Positions 1 to 12,949 of a DNA stretch of 64,000 bases are shown one piece after another. The first letter of the stretch is position 1, and each line of letters opens with the position of its first letter. Source of the DNA: Chiloscyllium plagiosum (lineage: Eukaryota). Location of the stretch: NCBI RefSeq assembly GCF_004010195.1, contig NC_057759.1, positions 2,969,269 through 3,033,268 of the forward strand, given 5' to 3'. The translations under genes and the position numbers were made by a program. The notes beneath the pieces were generated by a model. It made no database searches. It was not told where the DNA came from and was given only the letters and a program-made list of their open reading frames with translations.

Positions 1-329
1 GAGATCCCAGCCACTTTGGGAAGTTGGGAAACTTTGCCGATATTCATTTGGCAGTACTGCACCCGAAAAATAAACTGACTGTGTTAGAGACTTCTCGTCT
101 CATACCAATCAGGACTGGAAAACAAGTATGCCAAAATTCAACATCTTAATCTGTCTGTGGACAAAGGTATTGGGAGTGGGGGCGAGGAGAGAGGGAGCGA
201 GAGACACAGAGCGCGAGAGCGATGGACAGAGTTAACATTGCTGATTATAAGCAACTAAATTTCTGGAGAAATTCAACTGGTATAGCAGCATCCATGGCAG
301 AGAGGAACAGCATTAACATATCGAGTCCA

Positions 330-1740
330 GTGACCCTTTATCATGGTTGACACTTAACTGTCCATTGAATTGGCCGAGCAAGTCAGTCAGTTGTATCTAT
401 TGGTATGAAATCTCAACAACGAAATGAAACTGGATGGATCACCTGGTATCACCAAGGAACCAAAAAAGACGATGGCGGAAACAGCCCTGCCAACACTGAA
501 AAGACCTCTTACTAACATCTGGGAGCTGGTGCCAAAATTGGAAGAGTCATCATCATACTCACTGAATCATGCACACAGACAATGTCCCAGACACCACTAT
601 CACCATCGTTGGATATGTCTTGTCACACAGCAGGAAAGACACAGCAGAGGTGGTCGTACAGTGGGATACACCCCAGAGGGAGTTACTCTACGAGTCTTCA
701 ACATTGACTTCGGACAGCATGCCGTCTCATGGCTTTAGGTTATACACGGGCAAGGAAACCTCCTGCTGATTATCACATATCATCCCTCCTCAGCTGATGA
801 ATCGCTAATCCTCCATTTTGAACAACACTCAGGAGGAGAACTGAGGATGGCAAAGGCACAAATTCTGGGTGGGGAATTTCATTGTCCACCACTAAGAGTG
901 GCTCAGTGGCAGCACTCCTAATCGAGCTGGTCGGGTCCTAAGGGACATAGCTGTTAGCATGGGCCTTTACCATGTGGAGTTAGCACCAACAAAAGGGAAA
1001 ACCAATCTGACATCATCCTTACCAACCTGCCAGCTGGAAATGCATCTGCCCATGATCGCATCTGTAAGACTGACCCCTGCGCAGTCATTGTGGAGATAGA
1101 CACCCATTAAAGTTCATTTCTGCCTGTTGGACATGGGCATCATTGGCTGGGCGCATCGTTTATTGTTCCCGTCCCTAGTTGCCCCCTTGCAAAAATGCTG
1201 TTAATCTGCCTTCATGAATCATTGCAGTCCACATGCTATTGGTATACTCACAATGCCCTTTGGGAGGAAATTTTAGGATTTTCAACATTGAAGGAATGGC
1301 CGATATATTTGCAAATCAGCATGGTTAGTGGTTTGGAGGGGAACTTGCAGGGGGTGGTGTTCTCAAATATTTGCCGACCGTGTCCTAACAGATGGAAGTG
1401 ATTGTATGTTTGGAAGGTTCTGCCGAAGGATTTTTTGTGAACTTTTGCAAAGCATCTTGTAGATGGTGCACACTGCTGCGAATGATCATTGATGGTAGAC
1501 CGAGTAGAGGTTTGTGAATGTGGTTTAAATCATGTGGGGGCTGCTTTGTCCCTGGAAGGCGCCGAGCTTCTCGAGTGTCATTGGAACTGCATCCAACCAG
1601 TTAAGTGAGGAATATTCCCTCACACTCCTGGCTTGTGCCTTGTCGATGGTGGGCAGTCTTTGGTGAGGAGAAAATCTGATCAATTGGCCGAGAGCAGTTT
1701 TTGCATTGGGCAGAAACAGCAAATTCATGCACTGCGGTGA
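330..1740. mobile_element. Degraded LINE fragments (endonuclease region on +, 3' end on -)
   Basis: Decayed APE-like coding stretch (ITYHPSSADES, DIILTNLP). A similar copy lies at about 38440-39100. Confidence 0.5.
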
Positions 1741-1802
1741 AGAGTGAAAGATTTCGCTAGAAGTTTTACTTATTAGAAATGACTAATATTGTTGTTCTAC
1801 AG

Positions 1803-2043
1803 GCCAATCCCCAGAGATTGTCATATCTAATTCTAGGGATGGAGTCATCAAAAAAGGGAGTAATTCACTCTGAAGGTCAGTGCAACAGCAGATTCCTCAA
1901 GGTTGGCTGTTACAAGAATAACTATTACAAGGTTAATGTTAACTACTTTTGAAGAAGCGCTGACAATAAAAGTGGAGGCTCTTACCAGTGTCAAATTGGG
2001 AACATATTTTCACACAGTGAAACTTTGGAAGTGGTGACTATTG
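1803..2043 (+). pseudogene. Decayed Ig (C2-type) domain exon, FCRL/PECAM-like gene relic
   Basis: Acceptor ttctacag|GC, phase 1. Reads GQSPEIVIS..VIKKGS/FTLK..YKNN..*..SGGSYQCQIG..SETLEVVTI then G|gt. Contains a frameshift and a stop. Confidence 0.6.
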
Positions 2044-2369
2044 GTATATAAATGTTGAGTCTTGATGTATGCTCTCTGTGTCGAACAATATTCCTTTTTG
2101 TAGAGAGAACCCAGAATGTATCGTTCTGCATGCTGTTCCATTTATTGAGTCCCAAGACGATACATGGAGGCTTTCCATCCCTCTTCCCAAGGGAGTGAAT
2201 TCTCGTGCTCCACAGATTTTAATGTAGACCGTCAGGGCCAGAAGAAATCAGAACAGGAGTAGGCCACTCGGCCCTTACACTATGCTCTGCCATTCATTCA
2301 GATATATGACTGATCTGGGGACTGGTTTTGGAACCAAGCTACTCCTCAGAGATTTCACCAATTTGCTGG

Positions 2370-3115
2370 GCACCATTGTAAACTGTGTCCCATCGCAAAC
2401 TGGGCCTGATCCTAAACTGGGCCTCACACTAAATTGGACCCCATCCTAAATTGGGATTCACCATTTAGCTTTCTGCGATCCAAAATTGGCCACTTTCGAA
2501 ACTGGGCTATGTTCCAAACTAAAGCACACCCCAAACTGGGCCACGTTCCAAACTGGGTCACATCCTGCACTGGGCTACATCTCGAAATTGTGCCACATCC
2601 TAAACAGGCCCTCATTCTAAACTGGGCGATATCCTAGCGTGGAATCCATCCTAAATTGGGACTCATAGTACACCTTGCCACATCCAAAACGGGGCTTCGT
2701 CCTAAACTGCCCACATCCTGAACTGGGCCTCATCATAAACTGGGCCTTATTATAAATTAGGCCTCACCCTAAACTGATTATAGACTGTGATACAACCTAA
2801 TCTTGGAAACATTCTACACTGGGCCACACCACAAGCTAGACCTCATCCTCAACTGGGCCACATTCTAAACTGGGTCACGTCCTAAATTGGCCCTCATCCT
2901 AAACTGGACAAGATTCTACGCTGGGAAACATCCTACACTGGTCCACATGCCAAATTAGAAGAGATCCTACAGTGGGCCACAGTGCAAACTGACTGCCATA
3001 AGAAACTATGATTCATCATACACTGGAGCACATCCTATACTGTACGTCACCCTACACTGGGCCTCAACGTACCCTGCCCCTCACCCTTCACTGGGCCTCC
3101 TCCTGCACTGGAGCA
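2370..3115. repeat. Degenerate ~19-bp minisatellite (catcctaaactgggcc(t/a)ca)
   Basis: Dozens of tandem diverged units. Confidence 0.9.
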
Positions 3116-3364
3116 TGTCCTTTCCATGTTACACTGTGTCAAATTCTGTCATTTACAGGGCTGCATTGTGCACTCTGTCTCATCCTAAACATTGCTGAGG
3201 GCCCAGCTGATTATGGAAGCAGTGTCAAACCAGTTTCACCATCTCCCACGGTTTGCTCACGGTTCCCAGTTACAATACAGAGAGGGAATTCCTATTGAAC
3301 TGCATCAATCAATCCTTTTCACTTCCAAGTTAATTTAGCTTTTTATTTGCTTTAGTGAGTGAGT

Positions 3365-4250
3365 CATCGAGTCATGGTCACGTACAGTACAGAAGGGACC
3401 CTTCACCCCATCGTCTCTGCACAGATCTGCCTATACTATTCACACTGTCCTGCACTGAGCTCACAGCCTTGAATGTTATGACTTTACAAATGGGTGACTG
3501 AGTGCATTTTAATGGTTGGGAAGTATCCCGCCTCCAATATCCTCAGTGGTAGTGCATTCCGGACCCTCCCACCCTCTGGATGAAGCTGTCCTCAAATCCC
3601 TCTCTGAACCTCCTGCTGTTCACTTTAAAATGATGCCTCTCCTTGTTATTGAACCTGCGACTAAAGGAAACAGCTACTTCCTATCCCCCCATATATGTCC
3701 TTCTTAATCTTACACATTTCTATCAGATTGCTCCTCAGGCTTCTCTGCTTCAAACTAAACAACCCGAGCCTATCCAGGCTCTCTTCATCACTGAAATGCT
3801 CTAATCCAGACAGTAGCCCGATGAATCTCTTCTGCACTCCCTTTAGTGTAATCACATCCTTCCTATAGAGCAAAATGTGTAACTGCGTACAGTGCTCCAG
3901 CTGTGGCCTGAACAAAGTCCTGTCCTGCTCTACCATCACCTCTCCACTTCTATAACCTACACTTTCACTGATAAAGACAAGTGTCCCTAATGTCTTCTTA
4001 ACTGCCCTATCAACCTGTCCTGAAACCTTTAGCGATTCGTGGACAAACACCCCAAGATCTCTCTGTTGCTCTTGAGCTTCCTAGTGTCTTTCCATTCATC
4101 AAGTACACCCTTTTTCCAAAATGCATCAGCTCCCATTAACCAGGTTTCAACTCCATGTGTCACTGACGTGCCCAACTGATCGATTCACCTCTAACCTAAC
4201 ACCTTACGCCTCACTGTCAACCACCTGGCCAGTCTTCATACCTTCTGCAT
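3365..4250 (-). mobile_element. CR1 LINE 3' fragment
   Basis: RPQLEHCTQ..RKDVITLKGVQKRF..LGLFSLKQRSLRSNLIE, the CR1 ORF2 C-terminus. Confidence 0.85.
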
Positions 4251-4855
4251 TATCGTTTGCATTTTATTAAAATTGATGATTAACTTGTTGCCTTGAAATT
4301 TCATCCCATTACATTTTAAGGTGTTTTTGGGCTGTATGTGATGCTAGCTAGGCCGGCACCTATTCCCCATCCCAAATTGTCCTGAGGGTAGTTAAGAATC
4401 AACTACATTGCTGTGGGTCTGGAGTAACATATCGGTCAGATTGGGTACTGTTGGGAGATTTCCTGCTCTAAAGGATAGCGGTGAACGGATGGTTTATTTT
4501 TTCCTGACAATCAGCAGGTAATTTACAATTACTTTTAAGTCCAGATTTTTGTTCATTGATCTCAAACTCTACCCCCTGCCATGGTTGGATTTGACCTCTC
4601 AGCATTGACCCTGTCAAGTCCTAACATATTTCAATTGGATCACCTCCCATTCTTCTAAACTCCAGTGAGTAAAATCCCAACTTCTGTAGTGTTTGCTCAC
4701 AAGACGGACCCTCAGTCACGAGGATAATCCCGGTGAACGTTATGTCAACTGCCTCCAATTACATGATACAAATGCACTAACACTTCCCTACCCTTATGCT
4801 GCAATCAGGGCTGATAAAGCTTGTCAGATCTTTCAAGTTATTATTCTTCTTGCAG

Positions 4856-5286
4856 CATTGGAAGTGACAGAACCCTGCTGCTTAGTGAAACCTCTGTTCT
4901 GAAATACTCCATGCACTCCTGGGGATCTGAAAGAGATTACACTTTCCTTTCGTATCTAAACAATTCCTTGATTGAAGAGGAACAAGAACTGGACTACACG
5001 ATAGCAAGGGTGAGATTTTCAGATGGAGCAAATTATCAATGTGAACAAAACCTGTTTTTCACGAAATGGACCTCACACAACGTACAAAGTTACAAATCAC
5101 ACGACTCCCTATTGTCCAACAGATTTATTTGGAAGCACTAGCTTTCGGAGGGCTGCTTCTTCATCAGACCATTCTTCCAAATAAACTTTTGGACTATAAC
5201 CTGGTATTGTGTGATTTTTAACTGTGTGCACCCCAGTCCAACATCAGTGTCTCCAAATAAAACGATGTAAGCATCTTGTGTTAGAT
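4856..5286 (+). pseudogene. Decayed Ig domain exon interrupted by a miniature palindromic element (~5087-5260)
   Basis: YTFLSYLNNSLIE..DYTIARVRFSDGANYQCE..KWTS gives the C, E and F strands with the D-x-x-x-Y-x-C motif. The first Cys is lost. 5' boundary uncertain. Confidence 0.6.
5087..5260. mobile_element. Miniature palindromic element (Penelope-derived type) with hammerhead-like core
   Basis: Inverted arms; same family as 58776-59009. Confidence 0.65.
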
Positions 5287-5444
5287 GGCTCAAAGGCAAA
5301 GGTGTCAATGTTGCTTCAAAAACCATTGCCAGCAGTTTTCCGAAGAATTTTGTGATCGTGCACTAGAAATTCCTCAAAGGTATCACGGTGTGATGTGTAA
5401 AAATAGATACAGTCCCCTTATTCAATGTTTTGGCAACATGACTA

Positions 5445-5640
5445 TTCTGAAGGTAGGACCACGGACGTTAATTCTGTTTCTCTTTCCACAGATGATGCCA
5501 GATCTGCTGAGATTTTCCAGTGTTTATAACCTGTAACATTAATTGTTTTCCTCTCTCTGTCTTTCTTCATAGATGCTGCTAGACCTGCTGAGTTTCTCCA
5601 GCACTTCCGGTGCTTTGTCTCAGATCTCCAGCATTCGTTG
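5445..5640 (+). mobile_element. Short interspersed element, Penelope-end-like family (tandem units)
   Basis: Motif tctccacagatgctgccagacctgctgag recurs near 180-340, 9390-9560, 17900-18035, 21960-22100 and 62440-62570. Confidence 0.6.
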
Positions 5641-5674
5641 TGTTTATGTTTCTGTGTAATTTGCTCTTTTGTAG

Positions 5675-5926
5675 ATCGCTGCTCTGACCCAAAGCTGCAA
5701 GCTGACCTCGACGTGGAAGTATCCATTGGTGAACACATTCTGTTTGATTGAACCCTTTCACGATGATCACTCCCGTTTTGCATATTTTACAAAAAAACTG
5801 CTCAGAGAAGAGCAGTTATACAACAGAGGAAGTAATATACCCCATTCTGGGACTTACCAATGTAAAGTCACCATCGTGACAGTAAACTGATTTAAAACAG
5901 CAACATGGTTCCCAACTCAATCAAAC
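5675..5926 (+). pseudogene. Decayed Ig domain exon, FCRL/PECAM-like
   Basis: Acceptor cttttgtag|AT and donor AAC|gtaagc. Reads DRCSDPKLQADLDVEVSIGEHILFD*..FYKKN../HSGTYQCKVT. Stops and frameshifts. Confidence 0.65.
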
Positions 5927-6359
5927 GTAAGCTACATCTCCATTTATTTCATTTTTTTCCCTGTTATTCAAATGGTTGAAAATGTAAGGGTTAATCAGCT
6001 CATCCTGTCATTGTCAGCATAGGACAATACAGTTTTTGTCTGCTTCTCTCTCTTGTTACTGAATTTGTTTACACGTATTTACTTGCGTCTTTAGTCGCTG
6101 GCCATACCTCGCCAGTTATCCACAATATCCTGCCGCTTTGCAATTTTATTTTGCCATTACCAATGTTTTCGCTTCCTGTGTCAGAATTTCCTGTAAAGAC
6201 TAAGAGTCATTTTCGTGTTGAATTAGCAACAGCCTCTGGCAGTTCAGAGGAACAGTTGGATCTTGGAGAGCAAGTCTACAAATCCCTGAAGGAGTCAGGA
6301 CAGGTTAATAAGGCAGATGAGACACATCCGTCCTGATGTCAGAACTATACAAGACCTGA

Positions 6360-6650
6360 TATCTGTCTCTGTCTCTATTCGTTTCCCTCTCTCTATCTCT
6401 CTCTACAACTGTTTGACTGTCCATGACTTGATTTAACTCTCTATGACTATGTCGATTAATCTCGATGATTGCGATTTTTTTGTCGCTCTCTGACTCTCAT
6501 GCCTCCATGTCGCATATCTCTCTCTATGTCTATGTCTCTCTCTGTTTCTCCCTGTCTCTCGATGACCCTCGCTGTCTGTTTCTGACTCTGTAAGTGTCTC
6601 CGTAACTCTCTCTGTGTGTCTCTATCTCTGTGTCTGTCTCTCTCTCTGAC
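6360..6650. repeat. Degenerate (TC)n/(TCTG)n simple repeat
   Basis: Direct inspection. Confidence 0.8.
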
Positions 6651-6731
6651 TGTATGGTAGAAATGAAACGTGTTGTTGAACACAACAATTCATGCTTTAG
6701 AAAAGTGCCTAACAGCTTGATTCAATCACAG

Positions 6732-6995
6732 GCATCCCTGTGTCAGTTCCAGAGCTGAGTGCCTACACTGAAAACGAGGTAGAGGAGGGATATGGTACCT
6801 TGTTAAGCTGTTCGACCCCAATTCAATATTTTTTTTCCAAGGATGGCAAGGCTATTTACTGGGAATACTCCAGCCACTCGAGAATCACACATGCAACCAT
6901 CAACATCAGCAAAACTCTAGAGGGCAATTATCACTGCTGTTTCTAACCAGGAAGGAGAATCTCTCCAGTACAGCAAATTCATCACCGTTTGATGA
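6732..6995 (+). pseudogene. Decayed Ig domain exon, FCRL/PECAM-like
   Basis: Acceptor cacag|GC, phase 1. GIPVSVPELSA..EVEEG..LLSCSTPIQYFFSKDGK..NISKTLEGNYHC, then after a frameshift VSNQEGESLQYSKFITV. Both Ig cysteines present. Confidence 0.72.
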
Positions 6996-7039
6996 TTAGT
7001 GATTTTCTAAGCAATGTTATATGAATCCAAATTATCGGA

Positions 7040-7760
7040 GCACTGGCGGTGCGTGCAGAGGGAGATTTGCCAGGATGTTGCCTTGGGGGCTGGAGAGTTT
7101 CGGTGATGGAGAGAGATTGGACACTCTGTGGTTATTTTCGTTTAGGGAAAGGAGACAGAGAGCGAGGGGGCATTGATTGAGATGTGTACAATAGTGAGGA
7201 GCTTAGATCAGGTAGACAGAAAGAAACATTTTCCCCTTGGTGGAAGGATCAATGACAAGGGGACGAGCGTGGATTGAAATTAAGGGGCAGGAGCGGGATG
7301 TGAAGAAAAGGATTTTCACCCAGAGGGCGGTGGGAATCGGGAACTCACTGCGTGTAAGAATAGGAGAATCAGAAACCGATTTCGATGTGCACTTCTACTG
7401 CCAAGATTAAATGGCCCTCGACATTTCACTTGTATTTTCCTGCAGAAATAGGGTCTTGGATAAGACAAATAGCCAAGGTCTTTTCCGCCGGGCAGGTAGT
7501 CCATAATTACAGGGCATTGATTTAAGGTGAGAGGGGAAAGTTTTAAAGGAGACCTAATGGACAACTTTTTCACACAAAAAGTGGTGTATGTATGGAATAA
7601 ACTACCAGAGGATCTGGTCAAAGAGTGAACAGTTGCAACATTTAAAAGATATTTGGACAGATGCATGGATAGGAAAGGTTTAGAGGGATATGGGTTCAGT
7701 TTGTAAGACCTGGTCCGGATTGACATGTTGGGCCTGTTTCGGTGCTGCATGATTCTTTGA
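7040..7760 (+). mobile_element. Two CR1 LINE 3' fragments
   Basis: gtgcagagggagatttgccaggatgttg and tttttcacacaaaaagtggtg..tggaa are typical CR1 3' ends. Confidence 0.7.
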
Positions 7761-7934
7761 ATCCAAGCGCTAGTAAAATGAGATTTGAGAAAAGGGAGAC
7801 CTTTGCTTTTGAACGGTATGGATTCAGTCGGCTGAAGGGACTTTTTCTATACTGTAGACCACTGAATCCACGATTCCATGTAAATCAATTCATCAAAAAA
7901 AGTTAGAAGCTTAGGCAATAGGAGTTGGATAAGT

Positions 7935-8850
7935 CCCATGGTCAACATCCTGGTTAATAGTGCGGTGAGGCTGGGGACAGTGAAGGTCTGTCCCAAGATG
8001 TTAATTGTGCGGGGGTTTGGGACAGCAAATATAACATCCAGAATCTTGATAGTAGGGTGAGGGTGGGTAGGTGACAGTGACCCACAGAATGTTGATAGTG
8101 GGGTATGGGTGAGGATAGTGAGAGTAACCCCCACGATGTTGATAGTGGGGTGGGGGTGGGGACAGTGATGGTAAGCCCCAGAATATTAAGCCCCAGGATC
8201 TTAATAGTGGGATGAGGGCGGGGACAGTGACGGTAACCCCCAAGATGTCGATAGAGGGTTGCCGATGAGGACAGTGACGGTAACCCCATGGATGTTGATG
8301 GTGGGGTGGGTGTGGGGCAGTGACAGTAAACCAGAGGATGTTGATAGTAGGGTGGGGGTGGGGAGGGTGACGTTAACACCCAGGATGTTGATCCTGGGGT
8401 GGGGGTGGCATTAATGATGGTATCCCCAGGATGTTGAAAATGGTATGGTGGTGGGGTCAGTGACGGTAAACCCCAGGATGTTGATAGTGGGGTGGAGATG
8501 GAGACAGTGAAGTTAAACCCAAGATGTTGATAATGGTGAGAGGGTGGGGACAGTTATGATAACTTCCAGGATGTTGATACAGGGATGAGGGTGAGGACAC
8601 AGTGACCGTATCCCCCAGAATGTTGAGAGTGGCGCGGAGGTGGGGATGGTGACGGTAAGCCCCAGGATGCTGAGAGTGGCGTGGGGATGGGGTCAGTGAT
8701 GGTAACCCCAGGATGTAGATAGTGGTGGGAGTGGGGAGAGTGATGTTATCCCCTAGGCTGTTGAGAGTGGCGTGGGATGGGGGTCACTGATGGTAAACCC
8801 CAGGATGTTGATAGTATGGGCGGGGGAGGGGGGGGGTAGGCTACAGTAAT
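7935..8850. repeat. G-rich ~46-47-bp minisatellite (ccccaggatgttgatagtggggtgggggtggggacagtgacggtaa)
   Basis: Roughly 19 tandem units, strongly G-skewed on the + strand. Confidence 0.92.
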
Positions 8851-9000
8851 GATAACATCATTGAAAGTCAAGAGAGCGATGGTTGGATGATGTACCCTTT
8901 GGCCATCCATAGTTCAAATACATCTTTCAAAGTGCGTTTTTCTTTTACAAGAGACGGAGATAACACCCAGAAAAAAGACAATTTCAGCACCTGATCTTTT

Positions 9001-9061
9001 ATGTCCTCTTTGTCTTCTTTTGTTCCAATTGCTGTTGCTGGGATTTGCCTCACTCACAAAG
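9001..9061 (+). pseudogene. Candidate signal-peptide exon of a single-V-domain receptor relic
   Basis: MSSLSSFVPIAVAGICLTHK + G|gc: phase 1, GC donor, about 200 nt upstream of a V-like exon. Confidence 0.4.
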
Positions 9062-9258
9062 GCAATAAAATGGAGGATCCGATTGGAAGTCGTCTCCTTC
9101 TAGAGTATGTATTGAGCCAATGTACAGGACCCGACTTTCAGAAAGCCCTAAACAGTGCCAGTGGGAATTATAACCTTAGCTCAGACAGGAAAGTTCTGGC
9201 TATTGAATCCGTCCAGTCTCAACACCAAGACTGATACCTGTTTGTCATAATAAACAAG

Positions 9259-10346
9259 GGTCCCACTGGAACAATATCTAATCTAACCAGCAATTCCATC
9301 GACCTCACAGTGCCAGGTAATCCATTCTTCATCTGTGATCCGTGCTTATTCTTCACTGGACTCGAGCTGAAGACGTGATATGACCACTCTAAAAAAATGT
9401 TGGAAAAACTCAGCAGATCGGGCAGCATCTGGAGAGACGACGAGAGAAACAGTTAACATTACATTTTAAAAACACAAAGTGCTGGAGAAAATCAGTAGGT
9501 CTGGCAACATCTTTAGAGAGCGAGAGAGAGAGTAACATCCTTTCTTTGATAAATGAGACCTTTTAGTAAGAGGATCCAAGTCCAGGAACAGGGATGTGTC
9601 GCTAAAATTGGAAAGGTGAGACCACGCCCTGGAGAACTCTGTGTGCAGTTTGGGATCTCTTCATGTGAGAAAGAATATTCTGGCAGCGGAGGGAATGTGG
9701 CAAACATTTTCTCAAATTGATTCCTGGGATGGCAGGACAGACAGGTGGAGAGAGATTGGATTGGTTAGGATTAGGAGTATATCCACTGGAGTTGAGAAGA
9801 ACGAGGATAGAAATCTGTTAGAAATCGAAAGAATTCGAATATGTACTAGACAGAGTACACACAGGGAGGATGCTCCTGATGGCTGGGTGGAGAGTCCAGG
9901 ACCAGGGACTGACAGTCTAACAGAGACAGACTAGGAGTGAGATGGGGAGTAATGTCTTCACCGAGAGAGTGGAGAGCCTGTGGAATTCTCTGCCACAGAA
10001 AGCAGTCAGGGCCAGAACACTCAATGTTGTACAGGAAGCAGTTGGATAGAGTTCTCAAGGATTGAACAGTGCGTGGGGAGACACAGGACCAAGTTGGATG
10101 TTCATCCGTGATTTCATTCAATGGGTGGAGCAGGCTGGTGGCGCCGAATAGCTTCCTGCTGATGCTATTTTCGATGTTTCTCTATGAATGGCCTAGTTGC
10201 CACTGACAAGTTGATGACAAATGGAAGTTTTGCGTTGATACATGTCAGCAGTGAAAATGAGGGGCAATCATGTATCATCGACAATTTGGAGTGATTGGGT
10301 TTTGAGCAATCTTTTGAGTTTATACCAATTCGTCTGGGTTGGATTG
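9259..10346 (+). pseudogene. Decayed V-type Ig exon split by SINE/CR1 insertions (~9390-10185)
   Basis: 5' half: TGTISNLT..LTVPGN..ICD..GLELKT*Y. 3' half: KLMTNGSFALIHVSSENEGQSCII..IRLGWI G|gt, resembling E/F/G strands. Confidence 0.45.
9560..10185 (+). mobile_element. CR1 LINE 3' fragment
   Basis: gtgagaccacgccctggagaactctgtgtgcagttt through tgtggaattctctgccacag to the tail. Confidence 0.7.
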
Positions 10347-11395
10347 GTGGGATGTTGTTAATGAGAGAGGCTGCTCAGAAACAGTGCTGTCACTGCGATG
10401 GTGAGGGTTCAGAGTGAATTTTACAGGCGCAAGCTTGTCCCGACAAATGGACGGGTGTTGGCAGGGGGTTGGGACAAAAGAGAACGGGAACACAGGGATT
10501 GGCGTTTGCTGAAAGAATGATTTTATTGACAGGAAATCCCTCTCTAAATCAAACATAGCGCTGAGATGGCAGTACTCATTGTCCCACTCTTTCTAGTATT
10601 TCTCTCCTCACATTGTTTCCCATTAAACTCCAGAACAGGAATAAAGGTGGGTGAGACACTTTGGCAGGTAATGCCAGTGATCATTCTCCAATCGGGACCC
10701 AATGTGAGTTTCAAACTAACATCACTCATGTAATGTTGATTTGAAATTGTGTGTGTGTAGTGCCATGTCCTCCTCTCTCCTCCCTCCACCACCAAAACTC
10801 TGTAGCAGCAGTCTGGGCCATCAACACAATGCACTGCATAAGTTCACCAAAGATTCTCAGAAAGCCCCTTTAAAACACGCGACCACTTTCATCTGGAATG
10901 GCAAAGGCAACAGATATTTGGGGCGCCATTATGAGCCACACACTGTCCTGACTTGGAAATATATCGTCTGTTCCTGCGGTCAACATGCTGGAATTCCCTC
11001 CATAGAAGTTTTGTGGATCTACCTACAGCACATGGACTGCAGCAGTTCCAGAATGCAGCTCCCCATTATCTTCTCACGGGGGCAACTTGGGATGGGGGTC
11101 AATAAACACGTCTGTTGTGAGAATGAAAAAGAAAAATTATGAAACACTGTGTAGAAAGGTGTTTTGTGAGGGTGTGGGCAGGGCGAATGACTGGCAGACA
11201 AATTTAAATGTGCTGACATACAAAGTAAATTGCTGTGGTCAGTGGATTGGTCAGCACAGATATAAGTGAAAGGTGATCATTCGAATAATTTTTGCTTGCA
11301 CATTAGTCAAAAAAACTAGACTTTATTTGCAAGCACGTGACAGGGAATACTTACAGGAAAACATTCCCATATTTTTTCTCTCTAATTTTCGCCAG

Positions 11396-11426
11396 CTGAT
11401 TCTTCCAGCAGTTCCCGACAACACAG
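11396..11426 (+). pseudogene. Micro-exon-like segment (Ser-rich stalk)
   Basis: Polypyrimidine tract + cag|CTGATTCTTCCAGCAGTTCCCGACAACACAG|gtaagt, with strong splice sites. Confidence 0.35.
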
Positions 11427-11619
11427 GTAAGTTAGTGAGGTTGAAGAATCTTCTAACAGCATTCAAACACAGTCCAAATGGGCTGAGAATCCCTCTGGGG
11501 TGCAAACACAGCCACTTTACATTTGTCAGACCAGTTGGGGCAAATGGACGTTTGTGCCTGGCTGTTTTGCGAATCTCAAGCCCAACAGTTCATATCGAGG
11601 ATACTCTCTAGGTTTCTGT

Positions 11620-12235
11620 TTGAGACTGAACTGTGTGTGGGTCAGTCCCAACAGTGGTGAGACTATCCATTGTATTGGAAGAATTGAAAAAGGCAATTCA
11701 TCTTGTGAATGGGAGAGAATCTTCAAAATGTATTGGTGCAGAAGGGTCTGCGTGTCCTTCTGCATGAATTTCAGAAAATAGTACACAGTTACAAACAGCA
11801 AGTAATAAGAAAAATAAAAAGAATGGGATATGCAAGTATTGAATTGTTATTGTCACTGTACAAGGTATTGGGGTTTCCACATCCGGAGAACTGCGTAGAG
11901 TTTTTGGTCTCCTTTCTTGAGAAGGGATGCAGTTGAATTGGAGGGAGTTCAGAGGAGATTCGATCATTTCCAGAGATGAACTTTTTGTTTTAGATCAGAT
12001 ATTGAGCAGGTTCTCTGGTGTTGCGCGAGAGGAGATTGAAGCGAGCGATATTGGATGCTAAAGGGGGAATTGACAAAGGAGATGGAAAGAGGCTGTTTTC
12101 TCATGTGGGAAGTGTAGAACAAGAGATGATCATTTCAGTTGAACGGGGTGAGGTAGTTTCAAAGTAGAGATAAGGAGGACGGAATTCTCTCCAATGAGGA
12201 GAGGTTGTGAGTCAGTGGAAACTCCCTCCCCCACC
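11620..12235 (+). mobile_element. CR1 LINE 3' fragment
   Basis: LLSLYKVLGFPHPENCVEF is a decayed LYKxLVRPHLEYCVQF motif. Confidence 0.7.
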
Positions 12236-12825
12236 CCATCAACTGCAGATGGAGTAGAAAATAAATGCTGACCTATTCAGTGAAGTCTATGTCCCAGGTG
12301 TGAATTAGGTGTTTTTAAAAGGCAGAATTACTTACAGAACTAGGTTGTAAAGGTTGAATGTCTGCGTACTGGACCTGCCTTTGTTTCTCTCCATAATTTT
12401 ATAAATATATCTCCGTATAAAAATATTAAAACTAAACACTGCATTTTCTTTTATATCAGCAAACCTACATGCAGAATGTGTGTCCTTATTGTGGCTCATC
12501 TTCACTTTTGTCTGTAAAACTGTTCTTGAGTTTCCAGTTACATGTCATTTAATACAACATTTTCCTCCTATGCTCAAATTTCCATTTCATGCTTGTAACA
12601 ATGTTCCAGTGAACGCACTCCAAATTGGTATAAAATAAATTATTAGTCTCTTTAGTTACTTTGTAATGATGAACACCTAATATTGAGTTCAAAACCTCCA
12701 GAACAAGTATATTGTCCTGTAGGTTATTACACTAACCATTGCCCTGGCTTCCATTCGGTGTTTTCATGGTGGCTTGATTTTTTTTCTCTCAACACAACAG
12801 ACTCCTTTATGCGTTTAACATTTAG

Positions 12826-12949
12826 CTTTTGCTTCGATGTCATAATTTGGATTTCGCATTTATATGATTGATGCGCCTGTGCATCCAGGTTTGCCGTTTC
12901 CTCTGGGCTATATTTTCTATCTCTATCTCTATCAGCAACATGAAAAAAA
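12826..12949 (+). pseudogene. Possible decayed transmembrane exon
   Basis: tttag|CT, phase 1. AFASMS*FGFRIYMIDAPVHPGLPFPLGYIFYLYLYQQHEKK: an eroded hydrophobic stretch followed by a charged segment. Confidence 0.3.

Noticed and set aside
2370..3115. Regular short repeats resembling a CRISPR array
   Set aside because: Units are contiguous and diverged with no unique spacers or cas genes; vertebrate context. It is a minisatellite.
7847..8379. Pro/Thr-rich ORFs
   Set aside because: Translations of the G-rich minisatellite.
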